DNA of 64,000 bases from Candidatus Poribacteria bacterium (GTDB taxonomy: Bacteria > Poribacteria > WGA-4E > PCPOR2b), in NCBI GenBank assembly GCA_965116925.1, contig OZ220744.1, positions 2,016,001 to 2,080,000 of the forward strand, given 5' to 3'. A model generated the notes under the pieces. It did no database searches. It saw nothing but the letters and a program-made list of their open reading frames with translations, and was not told the DNA's origin. The translations under genes were made by a program, and so were the position numbers. Positions within the stretch are counted from its first letter, which is position 1, and every line of letters begins with the position of its first letter. Positions 20,554 to 30,680 of the stretch are shown here, piece after piece.

Positions 20554-20661
20554 TATAGTGAATTCTAAAAATAAAGAAACACTTTCGCTCCCCATGTTTG
20601 GTAGGCGCTGTTTCTAACAGCGCCGATTTGGCGTGTCCCATTAATTCTAAAATCTACTATA
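20554..20661 (+). mobile_element. Family A MITE (108 bp)
   Basis: TATAGTGAATT...AATCTACTATA with REP GTAGGCGCTGTTTCTAACAGCGCC. Family B ends lie nearby at 20533-20545 and 20741-20753. Confidence 0.8.
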
Positions 20662-20870
20662 ACTTGAACTGATGTTTTACGCTTGGGTCAATTCAAATTG
20701 TCAAAATCTAACAAAATCTAACACTTTTTACAAAAATTTTTAGGACTTACGCAGTTGAACGCTCAAAGCCTTGTAGTTCAGCGATTTATCGCTGTTGGAC
20801 ACCGTTCTTAACCCTGGTCTTAGAACGGACTCCCGATGAATCAGGCAATTACAGTAATGCAGCTACCTAA

Positions 20871-21626
20871 ATGCCACTAATTGAATTGGAAATCTCCGAT
20901 CGAGTTGCTACGCTGACCCTGCGTCGTCCCGAAGCACTCAATGCTATCAATCAAACCCTATTGCACGATTTTGAGGAGGCACTGCGGCGGGTGCAGGCGA
21001 CTTCAGAAGTGGCGGTACTTGTAACGCAAGGCAGTGGACGGGCATACTCGGCAGGCAGTGACTTGAAGGAATTGGCGGAATGTTCGCCTCAACAAGCGGC
21101 TGCGTTTGAGTATACGCACGGACAGGTTTTTGCACAGCTAGAAGAACTTCCGCAAATCACCGTTGCCGCATGGCGGGGGTACGTTCTCGGAGGCGGACTT
21201 TTCTTGGGCGTCTACCACGATTTTCGTCTCGCTGCACAGGGTGCCCGCATCGGTCTGCCAGAAGTAGCACACGGTTGGACGCCACCTTGGGGTGTTTCGC
21301 GGTTGGTGGAATTGGTTGGAGTTCAGGCTGCCCGGAAGATTATGTTATGTGGTGGGCAATTTGATGGGGCATCGGCGCATCAACTCGGCTTGGTTGATGA
21401 GGTATGGCCCGATGAAGAATTTGAGGCCCAATTTCGTGATTGGGTTGAGAAACTTGCTTCGCTCCCAAAGGATGCACTAATGGAAACCAAAGCGTTATTG
21501 CGTGAAATGCGGGGACTGAACCACGCACATTGGGAACGACGGACGGTTGAGGCGTTTGAAAGGTGTTATGTGACACCGGAGGCACAGCAGTCAGTAAATC
21601 GGTTTATGCAGCGGGGACGTAAATAG
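20871..21626 (+). CDS. Enoyl-CoA hydratase/isomerase family protein
   Basis: RPEALNA, YSAGSDL, GYVLGGG, GLPE. Confidence 0.9.
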   Translation: MPLIELEISDRVATLTLRRPEALNAINQTLLHDFEEALRRVQATSEVAVLVTQGSGRAYSAGSDLKELAECSPQQAAAFEYTHGQVFAQLEELPQITVAAWRGYVLGGGLFLGVYHDFRLAAQGARIGLPEVAHGWTPPWGVSRLVELVGVQAARKIMLCGGQFDGASAHQLGLVDEVWPDEEFEAQFRDWVEKLASLPKDALMETKALLREMRGLNHAHWERRTVEAFERCYVTPEAQQSVNRFMQRGRK

Positions 21627-21695
21627 GATTTACGCAGCCAACCGTAGGCGGGGCATCCTGCCCCGCGCCAACTGTGCTGAAATGTGTAAGCCCTA
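21624..21695. mobile_element. Family B MITE, degenerate, one REP
   Basis: TAGGATTTACGCA...TGTGTAAGCCCTA around GTAGGCGGGGCATCCTGCCCCGC. Its TAG is the stop codon of the upstream gene. Confidence 0.7.
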
Positions 21696-21732
21696 GTGAA
21701 GATTAATTTCGCAGAGTTGAGGGGAAAATAGA

Positions 21733-23295
21733 GTGGACATTGCTGGTAATCGAACACTATCATCTATCTTTAGCCAGTTTGCGGCATACCATCCCGACAA
21801 GACCTATCTGATTTTCGAGGATTTGGACGGGGGTTGTCAACAGTGGAGCTTTGCCCAGTTCGAGGCACTGGTAAATCAGACCGCTAGGTGGTTGCTAGAG
21901 ATAGGGATTAAGCGGGGCGAATCATTCGCCTTTCATGCTCCCAATTCGCCCGTTTTCGTAGCACTCGCCATCGCTGCAAGCCGCATTGGCGCGGTCATGG
22001 TGCCGACCGACCACCGCGCTACAGTTGATGAGCTTGTCTATATCCTCGATAACTCGGAATCACGACTTGTTATTACAGAGTTCGATCAACTGATGCTTAC
22101 GCAGACGGCAGCGGCAGCGACCTCTTGTGTGCAGGAGGTTGTGGTGTCTCAATGTGAACATCCGAGCGGGCATCCGATATTTGAACGTGAGATTGCCCGT
22201 CAGGATACCTCCCCACCCAATGTTGAGATTTCCCCCGACGATGTGGTACACATGATATACACCTCTGGCACAACTAGCAAACCCAAAGGCGTACTGATGA
22301 CCAACAGGGCGTTGATTTATGGGGCAGAAGTCTTCGTGCGTGGCAGTGGTCTGCGAAACGAGGACCGGCACCTCATCACGCTGCCTGTTTTTCACGCCGC
22401 TGCACATTGCCACGCTTTTTGGCCCTCTCTGGTGTGTGGTGCTAGCATCGTTGTGTCTCCGCGATTTAGCCCGTCCCGATTCTTTGGATTGGCTGTCCGA
22501 CACCAATGCACGATGGCGGCGTTATTCTCCGCACCGCTGCGTATGTTGCTCGCTCAACCTCCCAACGAAGGCTGGCGATTCCATCGCCTGAGAAACGTCA
22601 CCTTTGCGATTGCCCTCACTGATGAGCAATTTGCCGCATGGGATAGCCGTTTCAGCGCACCACTCCAACATCTCTGGGGGATGACCGAAACGGTTGGGCT
22701 GCCGCTGATGAGTCCGCTCTACGGACCGAGAAACTTACCCTCTATGGGAAAACCTGTCTTGGGTTACGAAGTGCGAATCCTCGACGACGATGGCAACGAA
22801 ACACCTCCGGGAGAGATTGGACAGATTGCAATCGGGGCAGACCCCGGCCGCACGGTGATGAAAGGGTACTTCAAGAATCCGAAGGCGACAGAGGAGACCA
22901 TGCGAGATGGTTGGTTGTACACCGGTGATAACGCCTATTACGATGAGCAGGGGTACTTCTATTTCGTTGATCGAGGCAAGGATATCATTAAGCGTGGTGG
23001 GGAGAATGTCGCTCCCAGCGAAATCGAATCGGTGATTAAGGGGGTGGATGGTGTTTCTGATGTCGCAGTCGTCGGTATGCCTGATGAGATGTTCGATGAG
23101 GTGCCCCAAGCGTTTGTGATCCCCCGACCGGGTGTGACACTGACCGAAGAGGGGATTATAGAACGGTGTCGTCAGTCGCTCACGCGGTTCAAAGTCCCGG
23201 TGGCTGTCACGTTTTGCGAGGAATTTCCCCGAACCTCGGTGGGCAAGATCCAGAAACATCTGCTGCGGGATCAGGCGTTGGAGTCAACCGAGTGA
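21733..23295 (+). CDS. AMP-binding acyl-CoA ligase (CaiC-like)
   Basis: YTSGTTSKPKG, WGMTE, GWLYTGD, RTSVGK. Confidence 0.9.
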   Translation: MDIAGNRTLSSIFSQFAAYHPDKTYLIFEDLDGGCQQWSFAQFEALVNQTARWLLEIGIKRGESFAFHAPNSPVFVALAIAASRIGAVMVPTDHRATVDELVYILDNSESRLVITEFDQLMLTQTAAAATSCVQEVVVSQCEHPSGHPIFEREIARQDTSPPNVEISPDDVVHMIYTSGTTSKPKGVLMTNRALIYGAEVFVRGSGLRNEDRHLITLPVFHAAAHCHAFWPSLVCGASIVVSPRFSPSRFFGLAVRHQCTMAALFSAPLRMLLAQPPNEGWRFHRLRNVTFAIALTDEQFAAWDSRFSAPLQHLWGMTETVGLPLMSPLYGPRNLPSMGKPVLGYEVRILDDDGNETPPGEIGQIAIGADPGRTVMKGYFKNPKATEETMRDGWLYTGDNAYYDEQGYFYFVDRGKDIIKRGGENVAPSEIESVIKGVDGVSDVAVVGMPDEMFDEVPQAFVIPRPGVTLTEEGIIERCRQSLTRFKVPVAVTFCEEFPRTSVGKIQKHLLRDQALESTE

Positions 23296-23339
23296 TTTTT
23301 TGATGTAAAACTGAAAGACTCAATTCGGAGAAAAGTCCA

Positions 23340-23552
23340 ATGAAGTGTTTGCACTGCCAATCGGAATTGAAACGCGGCACAGCCACATTTACCGATAGCC
23401 GCAACGGTTATGTCAATGCACTACAGGATATCCCCGCTTAGGTTTGTCTACAGTGTGGTGAGCCTATGTTTGATACCGATGCTGTATCCGGCATTCAAGA
23501 TTTACTTCGGGCAGTAGATGAGCGCGTTGAGAAATTGCGTGACGTTGCGTAA
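23340..23552 (+). pseudogene. YgiT-type (MqsA-like) zinc finger protein with in-frame TAG
   Basis: MKCLHC...DIPA*VCLQCGEPMF...DVA*; TAG at 23439-23441. Absent from the ORF track. Confidence 0.75.
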
Positions 23553-23583
23553 GGAATGCAAAGGGAATTCCAATTCTCGACTC

Positions 23584-25260
23584 TTATCTCTTACGGTTGA
23601 CATGTTGTTCAACCTGTATCGGAAAATACTTCATCAAACTATCGGTAAGATTTGGCGCAGCTGTTCCGAGACTACACGCACTGGTCGCCTTCATGGCATT
23701 GCCGATGTCGCTGACCTCATCCTTCCACTTCGCCAGATCGTTGGGTCCTGCCTCGCCAGCAAGCCGTTCGGTGAGACGCTGTGTGCCGATACGACAGGGG
23801 AAACATTTGCCACACGACTCCTCAGCGAAAAATTCCATCGCGCCATGTGCCATTTCGATTATATTCCGACTGTCGTCGAACACGATAATCCCAGCAGCAC
23901 CGAGCATAGCTCCCACCTTCCCGATACTCGGCTCATCGAGCGTTACGTTCAGGTCATCTCCAGCGAGGAAGCCGCCGGATAGACCCGCCATCGTAACCGC
24001 CTGAATCGAACGTCCTTCCTGTGCACCACCCGCCCAATCGTAGAGCAGCGTCGGCAACGGCAATCCAAACGGCACCTCGTAGTTACCCGGTTTCTGGATG
24101 TCGCCGGAGAGGCTGATGACCTTCGTGCCAGCGTGACCGTTCATTCCGAGATTGCGATACCAATCCGCCCCCCGGCGCATAATCTGTGGCGCAGCCGCAA
24201 GGGTCTCAACGTTGTTGACAACCGTTGGAAGGTTATCATATCCATGGGTGACTGGATAGGGAGGGCGATTGCGCGGGAAGGGGTGCTTGCCTTCGAGGCT
24301 GTTCAGCAGCGAACCTTCCTCACCGCAAATGTAGGCACCGGCACCGCGCCGCAGATAGAGTTGGAAGTTGAAGTCTGCATCGAGAATCCGATCGCCGAGG
24401 AATCCTGCTTCCTCCGCTTCCGCAATTGCCCCCGCTAGCGTGTTGAAGGTTTCGGGATACTCATATCGGAGATAGATAAAGCCGCGTGTCGCGCCAGTTG
24501 CGTAGGCGGCGAGAACCATCGCCTCAATCACCGCATGTGGATCGTGGTCGAGGATTGCGCGGTCTTTGAAACAGCCGGGCTCCCCTTCGTCCGCATTACA
24601 GACAATAGTTTTCGGATTACCGGGTGCTTCAGCGACCGCCTGCCACTTCAGCCCTGTGGGAAAGCCAGCCCCGCCACGTCCCGCGAGTTTGCTCTCTATG
24701 ATGACATTGACCACTTCGACGGGCTGCATCTCCTGCACTGCGCGAGTAAGTCCCTCATATCCACCGGTGCGGCGATACCCCTCAATGCTAGCTCGATCTG
24801 GTTCACGGATTGAACCGAAGACACACTCATCAATACCTCCCGGATTTGGCGGGGGCAGGGGAGAGGGTTTGGCTTCAAGACCATCCGGATCCACGCCGAT
24901 TAGTACTTCGTGCCCTTTGAGCACCGGAACGAAATCGTCACACCGCCCGGCACACGGCATCGGCGTTGCACCTTCCTCCTTGAGTGCAGCAAGGATTTCG
25001 TTCCCACCGACCAAGCAGCAAACGGGTCCTGTGCAAACGCGGGGCGCACTTTGCCCCGGTGTTGCGCGGGAGAAGTGATGGTAGAACGTAACGGTGCCAA
25101 AGAGATCTGCAAGCGGAATCCTGAGGCCCACCGCTATGTCCCGGAGAGACTCCTCGGAAATGAAACCGTCTCGGTCGTGGAACGCGTGGAGCAGCGGGAG
25201 CAGCGGTGCTGGCTCGTTACGCCAGCACTCGATCAGCTCTTGGTTCGTCGGGGTTGCCAT
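23584..25260 (-). CDS. Fused NuoE/NuoF-like (HoxF/FdsGB-type) NAD(P)H-dependent flavo-Fe-S protein
   Basis: 2Fe-2S cysteines (VCTGPVC, CAGRC), GRGGAGFPTG, NADEGEPG, YICGEE, CGKCFPCRIG...CSLG. Confidence 0.9.
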   Translation of the reverse strand: MATPTNQELIECWRNEPAPLLPLLHAFHDRDGFISEESLRDIAVGLRIPLADLFGTVTFYHHFSRATPGQSAPRVCTGPVCCLVGGNEILAALKEEGATPMPCAGRCDDFVPVLKGHEVLIGVDPDGLEAKPSPLPPPNPGGIDECVFGSIREPDRASIEGYRRTGGYEGLTRAVQEMQPVEVVNVIIESKLAGRGGAGFPTGLKWQAVAEAPGNPKTIVCNADEGEPGCFKDRAILDHDPHAVIEAMVLAAYATGATRGFIYLRYEYPETFNTLAGAIAEAEEAGFLGDRILDADFNFQLYLRRGAGAYICGEEGSLLNSLEGKHPFPRNRPPYPVTHGYDNLPTVVNNVETLAAAPQIMRRGADWYRNLGMNGHAGTKVISLSGDIQKPGNYEVPFGLPLPTLLYDWAGGAQEGRSIQAVTMAGLSGGFLAGDDLNVTLDEPSIGKVGAMLGAAGIIVFDDSRNIIEMAHGAMEFFAEESCGKCFPCRIGTQRLTERLAGEAGPNDLAKWKDEVSDIGNAMKATSACSLGTAAPNLTDSLMKYFPIQVEQHVNRKR

Positions 25261-25275
25261 GGATAAGTATCTCCA

Positions 25276-26070
25276 TTAATAACCTGCTAACAGTGTGCGT
25301 AGTTGGCTAGCAGCTTTACGGACCTGATCGATTCGATCCGGATGTTCCCCTTCGTAGACAATGGAGATGCAGCCGTTGTAGTTGACGCTTTTCAGAATCT
25401 CTGCGATCCGTTCATAATCCAGCCACTCCTCCGTGCCACTTTCGTTTTTGTAAAATTTTGTGCGGACATACAGGGCGTATGGCACGGTCTGTTCCATGAA
25501 CCCATAAAAATCAATATCCGGATCCGTCTCTCCACGTGGACCAGATCCGGGTGAACCGACCCACTGACCTGTATCCATAATAAAGCCGAAGTTCTCTCGA
25601 TTGGTTTCGCTCCGGATACGCAGCATATCGTCGCCTGTGGATGGGTGATTCTGCAATCCAACTGCGATGCCTTTCGCCGCTGCATAATCAGCGACCTCCT
25701 GATAACCACGAATCATCGCGGGCCAAGGATCATCACCATCGCCATTCTTTTCCGGTATCACTGCACAGAACGCACGGATCAGCGGTGAACCGAGAAACGC
25801 AGCGAGGTCAATCGCATCCCTACAATTTTGCGCGTGTTCCTCTCGTTCTGCTGCATTCCCGACGAACAGACCGCTTACACCTATGTAGCCAATGGGCATA
25901 CCGTACTTGAGGCACTTCAGTTTTATACCGCTGAGATACTCTGGATCCGTCAAGGGGAAAGCCCGGTAGTGAAAGTCAACGATGTCCATCCTTAAATCAT
26001 GAGCGACATCGAGGAATGTCTCAACATCTGTGTTTTGTAAACTGAGAAAATTACAGCCAATTTTGATCAT
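25276..26070 (-). CDS. Sugar phosphate isomerase/epimerase family protein
   Basis: GLQNH, MDTGQW, YNGCISIVYEG. Confidence 0.8.
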   Translation of the reverse strand: MIKIGCNFLSLQNTDVETFLDVAHDLRMDIVDFHYRAFPLTDPEYLSGIKLKCLKYGMPIGYIGVSGLFVGNAAEREEHAQNCRDAIDLAAFLGSPLIRAFCAVIPEKNGDGDDPWPAMIRGYQEVADYAAAKGIAVGLQNHPSTGDDMLRIRSETNRENFGFIMDTGQWVGSPGSGPRGETDPDIDFYGFMEQTVPYALYVRTKFYKNESGTEEWLDYERIAEILKSVNYNGCISIVYEGEHPDRIDQVRKAASQLRTLLAGY

Positions 26071-26212
26071 GTTGCTTATTTTCCTTTCATGCTGATGGCT
26101 GCCATCGCAGCCGATTAAATTATTAAAGAATCCCTTACTCTGAACCTTGACGCTATCTTCAAGGTTTCAAATCAGAAATCTATGCTACTATACATGTGAG
26201 GGGAAGTCAATA

Positions 26213-27721
26213 TCAATTCTCCCATGAATAACTGAACAGTTTCGCATTTTGAAGTGTAAAGCGGAGCTTTACCTGTTTGCCAACCAAATCGGCGAGGGAC
26301 TTTGAGAAGGACGCGGCAGCTTCAATATGGTCCCCCCGAATCGGTTGGGACTGCTCGTAACCCTTCAGTGGTCGTCCCCGTTCGGTCAGGACACTGACTA
26401 CTAGCTCGCCCTCTGTGGCATCAAGATTGACTAACAAACGATTGCCGTTCACAGTCAACTCTTTCGTGATCACGCGCCCGATACGCTGACCCGCCTCCAA
26501 GGAGATGTAACGGTCCGGCCGAAACCGCACACAACCGATCGTTTGTAACGGATGCCGTTTTCCTGCTTCAATCAATCTCTGTTGTTCATATAGCCACTGC
26601 TGATCTACGGAAGGATGCGGAAGATTGCCAGAGGAGTAGTACTGATACATCCAATCCCCCACGCGTATCGGCACACTGTCGAAGTGAATCATCGCACAAT
26701 CCTGCTCGCCGGCCTCACCCCGCCCAATCCACGGCTGGCGATCCCCAAGCCGATCCCAATGCACCAGATCGCGGCTGTATACCAGTTGGGTCTCCATGAT
26801 ACCGTGCTGATTCCACATGCTATGTTTGTACATGTCCATACTGACATCGAAGATATAAAGCGCGCCAAGAAAAACATTGCCGACAGTCCACGGCTGCATG
26901 GTGTAAAATTCGCAGTGCTGGTCTACCGGATCGTTGTAGTGGATGATTCCATCTGCGTATGCGTTGTCCAAGCGTTCACGCGCCATTTCATCGTCAAGTA
27001 GATCCGGCGCGAGAACAAGGTTGGGACGGGGCCAATCCAGCATCAATCGAGCGCGATTGGGTAAGGAATTGGCAAATGTCATCCCCACAGCCCGGCGACG
27101 GAAACGACCAACCGTTGCGTGGAGGCGTGGGAAAGCGATATAGCGGCCGGGTACATCGTCACGCATCATGGGAAAGGCATCATCGGCAACCAGAAAGGTG
27201 CCCGTATCACCTACACCATCGCTGATACCGGGTTCATCGTCCGCGTTTTCCGCTGTGTGCCAAGTAAATCCGTCCGGGCTGAAAATTGGCAGGTATCGTT
27301 GACTCCACTCACCGCCGGGGATCCACGATACCGTCCGATATAACGTATCCTCACCTTCAGAAAGGGTGGACTCCGGACAGTAAAAAACTGCGCCGGGACC
27401 AATCCGTCCAGGTGTCTTAACTTTGTTGTTCTCGGTGCTGCCATCAATTTCTGCCAAGTGGAGGATCGGCTTTTCCCAGTGAAGGCCATCCTCGCTCGTC
27501 GCGTAAAGGTCGTTGAGATCGCCTTTTGAGTTCCAATACCACATCTTGAGTGTTCCTTGGGGATCGCCGATGACCATAGGGCAGGCACATCCAAACTTAT
27601 CTTCCCACGGCTGATCCGGTTGGAGCACCGTCCCGACCTTTTCAGGTGGCTGGAACCTTCGCGTGAGGTTCTGCTTGGAATCAATCTCGAAATCATCAAT
27701 AAACAGATATTTGTTTTCCAT
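26213..27721 (-). CDS. Hypothetical protein, glycoside hydrolase-like beta-propeller (GH32/GH43-like)
   Basis: Asp-box-like YATSEDGLHWEKP, SPDGFTW, SRDLVHW; C-terminal beta-sandwich. Confidence 0.6.
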   Translation of the reverse strand: MENKYLFIDDFEIDSKQNLTRRFQPPEKVGTVLQPDQPWEDKFGCACPMVIGDPQGTLKMWYWNSKGDLNDLYATSEDGLHWEKPILHLAEIDGSTENNKVKTPGRIGPGAVFYCPESTLSEGEDTLYRTVSWIPGGEWSQRYLPIFSPDGFTWHTAENADDEPGISDGVGDTGTFLVADDAFPMMRDDVPGRYIAFPRLHATVGRFRRRAVGMTFANSLPNRARLMLDWPRPNLVLAPDLLDDEMARERLDNAYADGIIHYNDPVDQHCEFYTMQPWTVGNVFLGALYIFDVSMDMYKHSMWNQHGIMETQLVYSRDLVHWDRLGDRQPWIGRGEAGEQDCAMIHFDSVPIRVGDWMYQYYSSGNLPHPSVDQQWLYEQQRLIEAGKRHPLQTIGCVRFRPDRYISLEAGQRIGRVITKELTVNGNRLLVNLDATEGELVVSVLTERGRPLKGYEQSQPIRGDHIEAAASFSKSLADLVGKQVKLRFTLQNAKLFSYSWEN

Positions 27722-27846
27722 TTCGCTCCCTTTCTACGCTCCTTTACGCCATATTATAGCACGTTTGGCTTTTAATAACATCTACTTGTAAAAAATGTTT
27801 GGCATTGAAACCCCAAATCGTGTATCCTCTTAGTAGCAATTGTTTT

Positions 27847-27954
27847 TATAGTGAATTCAACAAATAAATAGACACTTTTGCTCCCCATGTTTGGTAGGCA
27901 CTGTTTTCAACTGCGCCGATTTGGAGTGTCTCATTAATTCTAAAATCTACTATA
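27847..27954 (+). mobile_element. Family A MITE (108 bp)
   Basis: TATAGTGAATTCAACAAATAAA...AATCTACTATA with internal REP, about 30 bp upstream of the PhyH start. Confidence 0.8.
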
Positions 27955-27985
27955 AGACCAACACATTCAAGAATTGGAGGGAGAA

Positions 27986-28816
27986 ATGTCAGTTCAAAAC
28001 GATTTGACCGGCTACGCGGTCTTAACTCCAGAACAACAGGAGTTCGTCGAAAACAACGGATATCTTGTGATCGAAAATGCGCTAGAACCAGAGGTGGTTG
28101 CGGAAATTGATGCAGCGATCGATGAACTTCACGAACGCGAAGAAATGGCTGGGCGGCTAGAAGCCGATGGCAGGCTGAATATGCGTAACTGCATCACTCA
28201 GCACGATGCCTTTTTCCAACTCCTCGATTGGCCCAAGACGGCACCACTCGCTTGGGGCATCCTGAATTGGAATATTCAGTTGATCACCTCGCATCTACTT
28301 GTACTTCCATCGAAAGAGAAACCGCCACCGAAGGTCAAGGACAGGATTGGTCTACACCGTGATGGTGGTACATCGCCGAGTGAGATGCAGGAGCCTCATC
28401 CCAGAATCTTGCTCAAGATTGCTTATGCCATCAGCGATCAATCCGATCCGGCTTCAGGCGCGACGGTACTCGTTCCCGGTAGCAACCGGCTCACCGGCAC
28501 ACCGCCCGTGGATACGGAAACTGGGGATGCAAGGGGAGCTATCTCTATGAACGTGAAGGCGGGAGATGCATTCATCTTTGAGCAACGGACGTGGCACGGT
28601 CCGGGACATAACTGGTCCGGTAAGCCGAGGAAGACAATCTTCATGGGCTATGCTTATCGGTGGGTCAAACCGATGGACTACATAGCGATGCCAGATGAAT
28701 TGATTGCTAAGTGTACAACACCCCTACAGAAACAGCTGCTCGGTGTAGTAAGCGATCCACTCAGTTATTATCTTCCAAAGGATGAAGATGTGCCTTTGCG
28801 GACGTTGCTGAGTTAA
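27986..28816 (+). CDS. PhyH family dioxygenase
   Basis: NNGYLVI, HRD, VPGS, AGDAFIFEQRTWH; RBS GGAGG. Confidence 0.88.
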   Translation: MSVQNDLTGYAVLTPEQQEFVENNGYLVIENALEPEVVAEIDAAIDELHEREEMAGRLEADGRLNMRNCITQHDAFFQLLDWPKTAPLAWGILNWNIQLITSHLLVLPSKEKPPPKVKDRIGLHRDGGTSPSEMQEPHPRILLKIAYAISDQSDPASGATVLVPGSNRLTGTPPVDTETGDARGAISMNVKAGDAFIFEQRTWHGPGHNWSGKPRKTIFMGYAYRWVKPMDYIAMPDELIAKCTTPLQKQLLGVVSDPLSYYLPKDEDVPLRTLLS

Positions 28817-29009
28817 ACAGGGTTCTCAGCTTGGCTCATGTAAAGACATAGTGCAACCGAAACCGATTGAATTCATGAGTTCACTCGTTTATTGGTGAGC
28901 CAATGTACTAATGAACAAATTGTTTTCATGTTTCACGCATCACGTTTTACGCTTTTTGTGTTTTGCACTTTCTTTTAACATGAGCCATCAGTTTATACGC
29001 CGGTCGGGT

Positions 29010-30632
29010 TTATTGATTTCTATTTAGCAGTGTGCCCAGAAAGGTGTAACGCAGGAAGAATTGATGGATTAACAACAGAATCCCCGTTACCGCAAAACAT
29101 ATTAGACCTAACTTAACAATCGCAGGCAGGTCCCATGTTCGCATCATTTCTTGCAATAAAAGAAGTAAGGGGAGGTGCGCGAGGTATAACCAGTAGGCGA
29201 CATCCGAAATATATCGCCATATCCGACTCTCTCTTGATATCAACTCACGCGAAATGCCGATAAGAGAGAAAACCATCATCCACGTGTACGTCGCCTTCAA
29301 GACTAGCAAAGTGGGCTGATGGTACTGCCCCAACAAGCTAGGGCTAAGTCCCAATATCAGCCCGACCGGAAAGATAACCAACAGAGCCACAGGCATAGTG
29401 ATTATCCACTGTTTTCCAACTTTTGCGTCGCTATCGTCACAATCGTAGTAGAATGCGCCGAAAAAGAAGAAGATACCGTAATAAATGGGAATATACGGCA
29501 TGGGTATAATGCAGATGAAAGTATCTGGGCCAAAGTTCGGTATCGCACCTCTCGCTGCCATAAACCATTGCGGCACCATGGTAAGGGGAATCAGCCAAAG
29601 ATAGCGGAACGGCGAAAGTATGATTTTTTGGGGTGGCCCCCTCCATAACCTCCGTTCAGCAATTGCGGCATATAAAGCAAAAGCGAGAACCAACCAACAG
29701 AGAAGCCAGAATAACCAGAGGTGTGCAAACACACTCCCTGTTGTGAGTATCCGCCAGAGGCGATTCTGTTTCTTTATGTTAGGAAGTTTTCCCGTTGACT
29801 CATATTGGGTGAGGATTGTAGCGATGCGGGTTCTGCCGTAAAAGGCTTTTACCGGATCTAGCTTCACTTGCAATTCCCGGACTCTCACGTATATATGGTT
29901 CCAATCTGCTTGTGCAAGGTTCAATGGGGTTTGACCGTCATCATTCCTAGCCTCCACATCCGCACCGTTCCGAAGGAGGATTCTAGCAATCCGATCCTGT
30001 CCCATAAAAGCGGCTTCGTGTAAAGGTGTCCCGCCATCTCTGTTTTTTCGATTTACGTCTGCTCCCGCTTCGATAAGTTGTTCAGCAATTTCGACTTCCC
30101 CTGCAAAAACAGTCCACGATAAAGGGGTTAGCCCGGATTGCGGATCTGGGGTATTGAGATCTACCCCGTTCGCCAAGTGCGTCTTGAGAGCTTCACGGTT
30201 TCCGATTTTGACTGCAACCCAAATATTTGTCAGCGAATCTTCTGAAGGCACCGGGGCAGCGTCTCTCGCGCGTTGCAGCGTCGCATTAATTAATGTTTCG
30301 TTGATCCAGTATGTGAGTGGGGCGATAGTGATAAGCCCGAATACCAACGGCATGAAGACACGCCGGAATCGATATTCTAACAACCCCTTTACCCCGCGCG
30401 TACGCCACAGCATCGCAGTGAAGAAGCCGCTTATCAAAAAGAAAAGTGGCATTTGAAAACCGTGTATTACAAGAAAAAAAACGCCAAATCCTTCGTTTTT
30501 TTGCACATCTCGAACGGGCCAGGGAACGTTAAAAAACGCTAGAGAGCCATGAAAAACGATGACTAATAACATGGCTAATCCGCGCAGAGCCTCTAGGTCG
30601 TGTCTATGGTCGGAAGGGGTGCGTGTATCCAT
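29010..30632 (-). CDS. OpgC-like acyltransferase-3 with inserted ankyrin repeats
   Basis: LEALRGLAM...FH, MPLFFLISG, AHLWL, YWLYLAH. Ankyrin motifs GLTPLSW, GGTPLHEAA, GQTPLNLA. Confidence 0.85.
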   Translation of the reverse strand: MDTRTPSDHRHDLEALRGLAMLLVIVFHGSLAFFNVPWPVRDVQKNEGFGVFFLVIHGFQMPLFFLISGFFTAMLWRTRGVKGLLEYRFRRVFMPLVFGLITIAPLTYWINETLINATLQRARDAAPVPSEDSLTNIWVAVKIGNREALKTHLANGVDLNTPDPQSGLTPLSWTVFAGEVEIAEQLIEAGADVNRKNRDGGTPLHEAAFMGQDRIARILLRNGADVEARNDDGQTPLNLAQADWNHIYVRVRELQVKLDPVKAFYGRTRIATILTQYESTGKLPNIKKQNRLWRILTTGSVFAHLWLFWLLCWLVLAFALYAAIAERRLWRGPPQKIILSPFRYLWLIPLTMVPQWFMAARGAIPNFGPDTFICIIPMPYIPIYYGIFFFFGAFYYDCDDSDAKVGKQWIITMPVALLVIFPVGLILGLSPSLLGQYHQPTLLVLKATYTWMMVFSLIGISRELISRESRIWRYISDVAYWLYLAHLPLLLLLQEMMRTWDLPAIVKLGLICFAVTGILLLIHQFFLRYTFLGTLLNRNQ

Positions 30633-30680
30633 ATAACGTTTTTTGTCCTACCCTTTTGCTATGTATAATTCGTCGTTAAT

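Noticed and set aside
23439..23441. Pyrrolysine or amber recoding
   Set aside because: No pyl genes, TAG is used as a normal stop in many genes here, and a single TGG>TAG change explains it.
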